Source: an uncultured Thermoleophilia bacterium
Lineage (GTDB): Bacteria; Actinomycetota; Thermoleophilia; UBA2241
Length of the DNA: 64,000 nt
Assembly (NCBI GenBank): GCA_963767505.1
Contig: CAVYDV010000008.1
Location: 166,937 to 230,936 of the forward strand
Direction of reading: 5' to 3'
Under the pieces are notes generated by a model. It was given only the letters and a program-made list of their open reading frames with translations. It was not told the DNA's origin and did no database searches. The position numbers were made by a program, and so were the translations under genes. Below, piece by piece: positions 48,530 to 62,415 of this stretch (position 1 is its first letter; each line of letters opens with the position of its first letter).

Positions 48530-48551
48530 TCTGGCAGGAGGGACGATAGTC

Positions 48552-50958
<2,407 letters not shown>

Positions 50959-51248
50959 CGTCACTATAGTGGGTCCATGGGCAGGGGCCGCATTCCGGTA
51001 GACAGCACCGCCGTCGGCGCGGCCTTGGCCGCGCTGCTCGGGCGGCGCTTCGGGCGGGCTCGGCGCGTCTCCTTCCCACGACTGCGAGGCTCCTCTCGCT
51101 CGGGCGACGGGTCGCTCGCGTCCTTCGGCGGCACGCCGTGCTCGCGGCTCGGGCGAGACTCCGGGGGTCGTGAGGCGCCGTCACGTCCGGCGCCGAGCCC
51201 CACTGAGCCGACCTCGCGGCCTCCCGGCGCCGCCGGCCCGACCGGCAG

Positions 51249-51962
51249 TTGAGACGGCATAGCCAGGCGGTGGCGTCGTTCAGCGTCGACCTGCTGATCC
51301 CGACGGCACGCTTCGTGTTCAGCGTCGAGGGCGGGCGTGTCGATGTCTCGCCGGAACACCGCTCGCCCGAGGCCTTCGTCGAGTATGCGCGCCGGCGGCG
51401 CGAGAAGGCGGTCACGGGCATGACCACCTTTCCGAACAGCCTGTTGGTGCGAGGACCTTCCAGCTTCCTTGTGGACCCCGGTCCTCAAATGCAGAACGCG
51501 CCCATCGTGCGCGCGTTGGAGGAGCGCGGGCTGGATGACGGAGATCTTGCATTCGCCGCGTTGACGCACGCCCACGACGACCATGCGGCGGCGCTCGCCG
51601 ACCTCTCGCTCCCGGTTGTGGTCCATGAGCGCGAGACCAGCGCCGGCCACTGGCCCGCTCTTGGGGCGCTCCTCGCGGAGCGCGAGGTCAGAGTGCTACG
51701 CGGTACGGGCGGCGAGCTCGTCCCGGGCGTGCGATGGGCCCTCACCGAGGGGCATACGCCGGGCAGCGTGAGCTACGCGGTGGACACTTCGGCTGGCGTG
51801 GTCGTGGTCTGTGGCGACCTTGTGGGTCCGTCGCGCCGGCCCTTCGATGACATGGCTCCGGAGGGCATCGATGCGGCGCGACTGCTGGACTCCTGGCGGC
51901 GCATCCGTGCCTGGCGACCAGGGCTCATCATCGCTGGGCATCTGCCGCCGTTCGCGCCGTGA
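51249..51962 (+). CDS. MBL-fold metallo-hydrolase
   Basis: Track ORF, 237 aa, with LTHAHDDHAA (HxHxDH). The start is uncertain (TTG 51249 or GTG 51276). Confidence 0.7.
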   Translation: MRRHSQAVASFSVDLLIPTARFVFSVEGGRVDVSPEHRSPEAFVEYARRRREKAVTGMTTFPNSLLVRGPSSFLVDPGPQMQNAPIVRALEERGLDDGDLAFAALTHAHDDHAAALADLSLPVVVHERETSAGHWPALGALLAEREVRVLRGTGGELVPGVRWALTEGHTPGSVSYAVDTSAGVVVVCGDLVGPSRRPFDDMAPEGIDAARLLDSWRRIRAWRPGLIIAGHLPPFAP

Positions 51963-52063
51963 GCCGCGCTGAGATGGCGAAGCCCTCGCGCTGGGCTTGG
52001 GCCAGCCGCGCAGAGCCCCTGTGCTACACTTAGCTTTCGTCGATCACGTAGAGGAGCATGTGC

Positions 52064-52444
52064 GTGCCTTTCTATGAGTATCAGTGCACCGAGTGCGGCA
52101 CCGTCCAGGAATCGTTCCAGAAGATGAGTGACGCTCCGCTCGAGAAGTGCGAGAAGTGCGGGGGCAAGCTGCGCGAGGTCCTCCATCCCGTGGCCATACA
52201 CTTCAAGGGGTCTGGCTTCTACACGACGGACTATGGAAAGGGCAAGAAGAAGGGGTCCGACGGTCCCGACGGCTACTCGGTTCTCCAGCAGGAGAAGGAA
52301 CGTCGTGCGGAGAAGGGGGATCCTGTCGCCGTCCGCGCGATCGAGGGAGATTCTCGCTACACCGGTAGCGGCGCGTCGGCATCGTCGTCGGGCAGCTCTT
52401 CTCGGAAGGACGACAAACCCAAGGAGAAGCAGAAGGCGACCTGA
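52064..52444 (+). CDS. FmdB-family zinc-ribbon protein with a Lys/Ser-rich tail
   Basis: Within track ORF 52058..52444. (V)PFYEYQCTECG...EKCEKCGG...FKGSGFY is the CxxC..CxxC pattern. GTG 52064 has GAGGAG 7 nt upstream. Confidence 0.8.
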   Translation: MPFYEYQCTECGTVQESFQKMSDAPLEKCEKCGGKLREVLHPVAIHFKGSGFYTTDYGKGKKKGSDGPDGYSVLQQEKERRAEKGDPVAVRAIEGDSRYTGSGASASSSGSSSRKDDKPKEKQKAT

Positions 52445-52461
52445 GCTTCGGGGGCCGGGCG

Positions 52462-53861
52462 GTGAGCAGCGTGCAGCGACCTAGTGACGACTCCTTGCGC
52501 AAGGCGCGTACCAGCTTGCGCAGCCTCGTCAGCGATGGGCCCTCCCATTTCCCCTCCCTGAACCTCGTTGCCGACGCTATCCGCGTACAGCTCGATAAGC
52601 GCGGCAGGGTCGCGATCCTTTACGTGCATCTCGAGAACTACGGCCGTCTCGAGCCGATGTTCGGCTGGCGCATCTTCGCCGACATCCTCGATGCGGTGGC
52701 CGCCAGCCTCGAAGGCATGGCCGGGAGCACCCTGCGGCAGCTCGACGCCGTGAGCGACTTCACGCTCACGGACGATGCCTTCATCGTGCTCCTCTCGCCG
52801 CCACGAACAGGCGATATCATCAGCGACTACGACCTTGCGGCCGTGACGCGCAGGGTGTACGAGCGCCTGCAGTCGCTCCTGCTCAACGACCTGGCTCCCG
52901 GAGTCTACGATCGTGTGCATCCAACGGTGGGCGCCGCGGTCCTCAGCAGTGACGATGCAGATCACATTCGAACAGAGCCTCGAACGAGGCATCGCGCTTG
53001 CCATGCAGGCGGCCGACGATCAGGCGACGGCCTACCATGCGGAGCTGGAGAGGACTCTCGCCGACTGCATTGATCGCGGCGAGCTCGAGCCACTCTTCGA
53101 GCCGGTCGTCGATGCCGAGGCGGAGACCGTGATCGGGTACCGCAGCAGCGTGCGCGGGCCCTTCCACTCGCCCCTGCGCCTGCCGGATGTGCTCCTCGAC
53201 GTCGCCCAGCACTCCACGCTGCTTCCTTCCTACGGCGTGGTAGCGCGCATGGCCACGGTTAGCGCGGCCTCGGGATTGCGCCCCGACGATCTGCTGTTCC
53301 TCGGCTGCGCCGCGGCAGAGCTGCCCAACGCAGCCGTGGTGGCTCTCAGCGAGTTCTACGCACTCAACTCGGCGCTCGTGCCGCAGCACGTCGTCTTCGA
53401 GCTCGACGCGGACGAGCTGGCCGTGAACACGGCGTCGACGCTACGGACGCTGGCCGATGTGCGTGGCATGGGGTTCCAGCTGTGCTTCTCGGGCCTCGGC
53501 GCACAGTACGCGATGCTCGAGCTCATCGCCGAGGCCCGGCCGGAGTTCCTGCGCCTCGACCCTGTGCTCGCTGACGAGTCTCGGGGGCGATCCGACCGCC
53601 GTCGACGTCATGCAGCTCCTCGTGCGTTTCGGCGATCGCGTCGGCGCCCAGCTGATCGCCACGGGCGTGCAGGACGCCGAGCACCAGCAACTCCTTGCGC
53701 GCAGCGGGGTCGAGCTCTTCTGCGGGGAGCACTACGCGCGGTCCGACACGCGCCTGCCCTCGTGTGTCGTTCAGGCGCTGAGGCTCGCCGCCCGGCGCTG
53801 CCGGGCCGGGGCGCCGGTGTGGATCGTCACCCGGTTGCGGCCTCTCCGCTTCGACTCGTAG
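52462..53861 (+). CDS. Degenerate GGDEF-like domain + EAL-like domain protein; about 2 apparent frameshifts (about 52950 and 53580), 3' end uncertain
   Basis: Track ORFs 52462..53073 (VAILYVHLENYGRLEPMFGW...DAFIVLL, with no GGDEF motif visible), 52913..54208 (ELEPLFEPVVDAEAETVIGYRS...QLCFSGLG) and 53457..53861 (LIATGVQDAEHQQLL...GVELFCGEHY). Confidence 0.65.
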
Positions 53862-54675
53862 AGCGCGTCGTCGGAGTGCTCCACAAGCTCAGCCTCGGCG
53901 GCCGCTCCGTCGGGGTAGGTGGCTATGCCCGCCGAGATGGTAGTGGAGGCGAGCTGACCACCCCTGACCGTGACCGCGATGTCTTCGATTGCGCGCCGCA
54001 GCCGCTGGGCGAGCTCAAAGGCATGGACCTCGTCACCGCGGATGAGCACGGCGAACTCCTCGCCTCCGTAGCGGGCGGCGATGTCGGCATCGCGCAGGTG
54101 GACGTCCAGCGCCGCGCCGACCTTGCCGAGCAGGTCGTTGCCGGCCTCGTGCCCGTACTGGTCGTTGAATTGCTTGAAGTGGTCGAGGTCGAGCATGATC
54201 AGAGCTGATCTCTCCGCCGTAGCGGTCCACGTTGGTGACCTCGCGGTGCAGGTGGTCGACGAAGGAGCCGTAGTTGTAGAGACCGGTGAGGCGGTCGGTG
54301 AGCGAGGAGGCGGTCAGTCGTGCGTTCGCCTCGCGACTCCTGCGCTGGTTCCTTCCGAGGAGCAGGCCGGCGAGGAGGAACAGGGCCGTCCCGAGGGCCA
54401 GCCTCATATATGCGGGCGGACGTGAAGGCAGCTCCGAACCCATAGGACAGCACGAAGAAATTGCCCAGCCAGAACGTTACGAGGAGGCTGCCGGGCTCGT
54501 AGAAGAAGACGGCGGCCAGGAAGAGTGGGAACACGAAGAGAGGCCAGACGTAGGCGGGTCCCGCGACCGTCGCGAGAATCGAGGCACCGACCAAGGCAGC
54601 GACGAGGGCGACGATACGGCGCAGGACGACTCGTCGGCCGTAGAGACTGCTCGCAACAGGATGCGCCGCTGGCAT
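53771..54675 (-). CDS. Membrane-anchored diguanylate cyclase (GGEEF); 2 apparent frameshifts (about 54200 and 54410)
   Basis: Track ORFs 54199..54675 (TM helices), 54033..54443 (LTDRLTGLYNYGSF) and 53771..54196 (MLDLDHFKQFNDQYGHEAGNDLL...RYGGEEFAVL...ALYESKRRGRNRV). Confidence 0.8.
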
Positions 54676-54769
54676 GGGTGTCCTCGTCGACTCGCCTTCC
54701 TCAGGGCATATCTACGACGTCGGGCCGTGTCGTCCTGCCTGACTGCGAGGCGTCAGATAGAATGAGTCG

Positions 54770-55590
54770 ATGAGCACGCGTATCCTTCTCACCAACGACG
54801 ACGGAATCGAGTCTCCCGGCATCGCGGTGCTGCGCCGGGCCGTCGAGGGCCTGGGGGCGGTCACGACCATCGCTCCGGCGAGCAACAACAGCGGGGTGGC
54901 GAGGAGCATCACGATCGACCGGGCTCTCCACCTCGCCCCAGTCGCCTTCGGTGGCGGTTGGGAGGGCACGTCCTGCGACGGCACGCCGGCGGACTGCGTG
55001 AGGGTCGGCTTCCTCGGGATCGATGCCCCGCTGCCCGACCTGGTCGTCGCGGGCATCAACATGGGCCCCAATCTGGGTTCAGACGTCAGCTACTCCGGGA
55101 CGGTCGGGGCCGCTTTCGAGGCGGCGCTGCGCGGTCGTCCGGGCATCGCATTCTCCGTCCACAGCAGGCGGCCGGGTTGGCTGGAGGAAGCTGCGCCTCT
55201 TGCGCGCGTCATCGTAGAGCGTGTGATCGCCCACGGTCTTCCGCCTTGCTCGGTCCTCAACGTCAATCTGCCGGACATGCCTCTCAGCGAGGTCGCCGGC
55301 ATCCGTCCGGCCCGCCTCAGCGGCGCGAGCTGCCACGACAGGGTGTTCCTGAGTGGCGACGGCGACGGACACGTGCCGCTCTCCGGCGCGAGCCTCGGCG
55401 CCGCCGATGCGCCTCCCGCAGCGTCCGCGTGCTCGCAGGGGTCTCGCGACGAGCCGGGTCGGAGAGCTGGCCGATGACACTGCTCTGATCGGCGAAGGGT
55501 ACGTCGCCGTGACGCCGCTGCGCTACGATCTCCTCGACGCCGCGCTGCTGCGCGACCTCGATTCCTGGGACCTCGAGCTGGAGCATCTGC

Positions 55591-55598
<8 letters not shown>
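54770..55598 (+). CDS. surE: 5'/3'-nucleotidase SurE; 1-2 apparent frameshifts (55330-55470)
   Basis: Track ORF 54770..55477 (ILLTNDDGIESPGI...GINMGPNLGSDVSYSGTVGAA) joins ORF 55353..55598 (GTD-like ...DDTALIGEGYVAVTPL). Confidence 0.9.
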
Positions 55599-58521
<2,923 letters not shown>

Positions 58522-58584
58522 CGTAGCGTGGTTTCCGTAGCCATGCCTACTCGACTACACTTGCAGGAATCGCTTGGGGAGCGG

Positions 58585-58660
58585 GCCGGCGTAGCTCAGG
58601 TGGCAGAGCAGCCGCCTTGTAAGCGGCAGGTCGGCGGTTCGATTCCGCCCGCCGGCTCCA
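58585..58660 (+). tRNA. tRNA-Thr (anticodon UGU), CCA encoded
   Basis: GCCGGCGTAGCTCAGGTGGCAGAGCAGCCGCCTTGTAAGCGGCAGGTCGGCGGTTCGATTCCGCCCGCCGGCTCCA. The anticodon loop is CTTGTAA. Confidence 0.95.
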
Positions 58661-59026
58661 TTAGGCTCGAGAATGGCCACAGAAGGATCCCCTGCATGGC
58701 CATCTGTACTCCCTCTGTGTTCCTGTACTGACGGACTACTCTTCGAGCGACGCAAGCTCGCCTGCAGCGATGGCGGGGGACGAGCCCCGTGGCTGACTCC
58801 TGCCTGTCGGGCGCCAGATGACTGCGCGTGTCCAACATGGGCGCAACGCCAGGGAACGCGCAGGCGGCGGCACAGGCTCCCCCATCGGCGATGGATGGGC
58901 GTGCTCAGGTCCGCGGTCTTCGTGTCCCGTTCGGTTGGGATGTCGATGATGCGCTGCAAGCCACCATGCGGGCAAGCGCGCGATTCCGGATGGGAACGGC
59001 GCTTCCGCCTCCTCGGAGAGGCGATC

Positions 59027-59323
59027 ATGATTCTCATCGTTCAGCACCAGGTACGTGACTACGACGCACGGAAGCGGATCTTCGACGAAACCTGGCCGTG
59101 CGCGCACGTCACGGCGCGACCGGCCACGAGCTCTGCCGGAGCCTCGGCGATTCCCACGAGCATCACCCCCGTCAGACATCTCCCTTCAAGAGAGCAGGCT
59201 GAGGCGTTCGCCGCCGACCCGGCCCTCAAAGAAGCGATGGACCTCGCCGGTGCAATCAGCAAGCCGTGCTTCACCTGGGCCGAAGAGACCGAAGCGGTCG
59301 ACTACACGGCGAAGGCCGCCTGA
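59027..59323 (+). CDS. Small hypothetical protein (about 98 aa), frame-disrupted in the middle
   Basis: ATG 59027 has GGAGAGG 6 nt upstream. MILIVQHQVRDYDARKRIFDE... and ...REQAEAFAADPALKEAMDLAGAISKPCFTWAEE are in the frame of track ORF 58673..59323. The middle reads better in another frame. The family is not confidently recognised. Confidence 0.4.
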   Translation: MILIVQHQVRDYDARKRIFDETWPCAHVTARPATSSAGASAIPTSITPVRHLPSREQAEAFAADPALKEAMDLAGAISKPCFTWAEETEAVDYTAKAA

Positions 59324-59823
59324 GTCGAGCCGTCTGGGCTGGCGGGATGGGCGGTGCGCGCAGTCGCGGCCGCCGGCGCGCAGCCGGGCGGTCCCGTGGC
59401 CGTGCGCGAGGCGGAGCCAGAGAGGTGCGAAGGACATGCCGGACTGGACACGTCACCGCCTCCGCGGACTCCCTCGGCGGGCCGTATCCGCAGGGCCGAC
59501 CAAGTCTCGTCGACACTCACGTTGGCCACGAGGGTGAGGGAGACGGTGCGTGCGGACCTCCACACGGTGTCACGGCTGAGGTCGTGTCCCGCCGCCTTCG
59601 AGCTCTTCGGATAGGCGAGCCAGGCGAGCATCGTCGAGGAGATATGGGGAGCCAGCGCCGTGAGGGCTGCCTCTGCCTCCGCTTCGGTCGTGACCACGTC
59701 GAGGACGAACTCGGCGTCAGCGGGATCGTCAACGAGGACTACTCCAGCGGGGACGCCGAGTCGCTCCCGGAGGTCTGTCGGCATGTGCAGCAGAGCGGCC
59801 GTCATTCCTGGCTTGAGCCGCAT
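59302..59823 (-). CDS. Conserved hypothetical protein; the true 3' end is probably earlier (about 59470)
   Basis: Track ORF, 173 aa. The first 115 aa look coding (MRLKPGMTAALLHMPTDL...LAWLAYPKSSKAAGHDLSRDTVW...VSVDETWSALRIRP). The tail is low-complexity. Confidence 0.4.
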   Translation of the reverse strand: MRLKPGMTAALLHMPTDLRERLGVPAGVVLVDDPADAEFVLDVVTTEAEAEAALTALAPHISSTMLAWLAYPKSSKAAGHDLSRDTVWRSARTVSLTLVANVSVDETWSALRIRPAEGVRGGGDVSSPACPSHLSGSASRTATGPPGCAPAAATARTAHPASPDGSTQAAFAV

Positions 59824-59945
59824 CTTGGCTGCGGGGGTCCTGTCGAGTCATCGCGAGGTCATGGTAGCAGGAGGACCACTGCGGTCGTCAGTGCCTGCCG
59901 GGCGCTGCTGTGAGGGTCGAACTGGCGAACCGCCGAGCCTGCCAC

Positions 59946-59984
59946 AGAAAAGCCTCCCGCCGCCGAAAAATTGGCGCGGGAGGC
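59946..59984 (-). terminator. Rho-independent terminator downstream of ppk2
   Basis: A 9-bp stem is formed by GCCTCCCGC (59952-59960) and GCGGGAGGC (59976-59984). On the minus strand it is followed by TTTTCT (complement of 59946-59951). Confidence 0.6.
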
Positions 59985-60042
59985 CTCGTGCCGGTAGTGC
60001 GGCTACCGCAGCCATTATGTACCCACTATTCGGTGGCGGCAA

Positions 60043-60923
60043 TCAGTCGCGGAGTCGGTTTGCAGCCGGGCCGGACGACGGAAACCGCGTCGGCACGAAG
60101 TTGTACGTCGAGAAGTCGGGCGGCAGATAGTCGCCCGGCCTTCTGGCGCGGCGGGAGCTCCAATGGCGTCGGGCGTGAGGTCGCGATAGGGGACCTGGCT
60201 GAGCAGATGCGAGATGATGTTGAGCCGAGCGTGCCGTTTGACGTTGGCATCGACGATGTACCACGGCGCATGGGGGGTGCTCGTCTCGGCAAGCATCGCG
60301 TCGCGAGCCCGTGAATAGTCGACCCAGCGCGAGCGAGCCTCCAGGTCCATGGGGCTTAGCTTCCAGCGCTTGCGCGGATCTTCGATCCGCTGCTGGAAAC
60401 GCTCCTCCTGTGTCTCGTCGGCGATGTCGAGCCAGTATTTGAGCAGGATGGTGCCCGAGCGGGTCAGTGCGTTCTCGAAGCCGCTGACGGTGGCCATGAA
60501 CTCGGCCAGCTCATCGTCGGTGCAGAAGCCCATGACGCGCTCGACACCGGCGCGGTTGTACCAGCTGCGGTCGAAAAGCACCATCTCGCCCGCGGATGGG
60601 AGGTGCGGCACGTAGCGCTGGAAGTACCACTGGGACTTCTCTTGACTCGTCGGGGACTGCAGGGCTACGATGCGTACGGTTCGAGGGCTCATCCGGTAGG
60701 TGATGCGCTTGATGACGCCGCCCTTGCCCGCCGAGTCACGTCCCTCGAAGATGATCGCGATCTTCAGGCTCTCCCGCTTGATCCAGCCTTGGAGCTTGAC
60801 GAGCTCCACCTCTAGTCTTGCCAGCTCGCGCTCATAGACCTTGCGCTTCATCTTCTTCGCGTCTCTCCCGTACCACACGAGCGGCGACTGCGCATCGCTC
60901 GTCCTCCGCCACCGCTTGCTCAT
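60043..60923 (-). CDS. ppk2: Polyphosphate kinase 2 (PPK2); 2 apparent frameshifts in the last 40 codons
   Basis: Track ORF 60015..60923 has the Walker A FEGRDSAGKGG, FDRSWYNRAG and RWKLSPMD. The C-terminus continues through ORFs 60026..60292 and 60043..60264 (..ELPPRQKAG/DYLPPDFSTYNFVP..). AGGAGA lies 5 nt upstream of the ATG. Confidence 0.9.
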
Positions 60924-61124
60924 GACGTTCTCCTATCTGCTCGGTCTGCTGCAGTCGCTAGTGGCTCCTACGTGCTCACGAAGCCGAGCGAACCTGCCTC
61001 CATCCCGCCCGGGGCCCGGCCCTTGAGCCTGGGGAGCGGTCGCGCATCAGGCAGACCATGAGTACGTCGGCGATTCGGTTTCGTCCGCCGATGCACGGTC
61101 GCGGTCGTTGCGGACCGGGTTGCG

Positions 61125-62304
61125 TCAGGGTGCGAGCGGGCTCGCCGAAGGGTCCGCCAAGCCGTCGGCGACCAGATCGACGGTGCCCAGATTCTGGCTA
61201 TCCGCCTTGTAGGCGATGCTGCCAAGCTTCGTGCCGGCCGCCGGCATGCGTGCCAGTGGCGGCGCGGCCAGCAGCGAGACGCGCACCTGCGCCTCGGCGG
61301 CGCGCCGTACGGTCTTGGTCAGGGAGGTCTTGGCGACCGCGCGCACTGCGCCACCTCCGCGCAAGGGTACGGTGGTCACGAGGTCGCCAGCACTGATGAT
61401 GAGGCGCTGTTCGTACTGAGCGTCGCCCCACTTGAACATCGCGACGGCATCCTTCTCCTCCTGGTCGCGCGTCGGCTGCTTCAGTGTGACCAGGATGAGA
61501 CTGCGGCGGTCGTACTTGCCGGAACCCAGCAGGCACTTGCCCGACTGGGAGGTCGCGCCCGTCTTGATGCCGTTGGCCCAGTCGTAGTTGAGGAGGCGAT
61601 TGCGGGACTCCACGCGCACCGCATGGCCGGGCCACTTGATGACGGCCGTCTGGCGCTTGCAGAGGCCACGGAACTTGGCGTTCCTCATCGCGTAGCGGCT
61701 GAGTCGGGCGAGGTCATCGGCCGACATGTAGTGGCCGCTCACGGGTCTGCCGCGCGAGTTCTTGAACTTCGTGTCGTCGAGACCGAGAGAGCGGGCCTTG
61801 GCGTTCATGAGGCGCACGAAAGCGGTCTCGCTGCCGGCGACCCGGTAGGCCAAGGTGACGCAGGCGTCGTTGGCGCTCTTCACGATCGTGGCACGCAGCG
61901 CCTGACGGACCGTGATGCGGTCTCCCGGCCTCAGCCCGACGGAGTTGCCGAGGTCTTTGGCGACGGCTCTCGGCGCCGTGCACTTGGAGTTCAGGTTGCG
62001 GACTCTCTCGAGCACGATGATGGCGGTCATCACCTTGGTGAGAGACGCCGGCGCTCTGCGCTGGTTCGGGTTCTTCTTCCAGAGCACCTTCCGGTGGAGC
62101 GGTCTATCAGGATGCCGGCCGCCGCCTTGACGCTTGGGGGCGGGCGCCGTCGCAAGGACGGCCGGCGCCACCGACTCTTCGGCGACGCTATCGCCGCATC
62201 CCACTGTCGCGCCTCGCGATGAGGGCGACCGCCGTGAAGACGGCGAGTAGGCGCCAGTGAGGGCGCTTGGCGAGGCGGGAGACGACACTGCGGAGCGGAT
62301 GCAT
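61125..62304 (-). CDS. D-alanyl-D-alanine carboxypeptidase (S11, PBP5-like); 2 apparent frameshifts (about 62100 and 62200)
   Basis: Track ORF 61125..62543 has SLTKVMT (SxxK), SANDA (SxN-like) and KTGAT (KTG). The upstream part, VKAAAGILIDRSTGR, is in ORF 62030..62311. The N-terminus MHPLRSVVSRLAKRPHWRLLAVFTAVALIA starts at ATG 62304. Confidence 0.85.
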
Positions 62305-62415
62305 GGCGCAAGCATACTAGCTGGCTTCGCCTCGTCCAGCTGCTGTATGGTTGATGGGAGACTCGGCTGTCGGGTGGTGACGGCCGATGGAGGAGAGTCC
62401 GAGGAGGTGGTGTCG

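Noticed and set aside
50960-51252. Perfect palindrome CACTATAGTG right after the clpB stop, and the 91-codon ORF 50977..51252(+).
   Set aside because: A 10-bp AT-centred palindrome alone is not evidence for a site, and I found no second copy in the window. The ORF is Arg/Gly/Ser/Pro-rich, has no SD sequence and no recognisable family, so I cannot support it as a gene.
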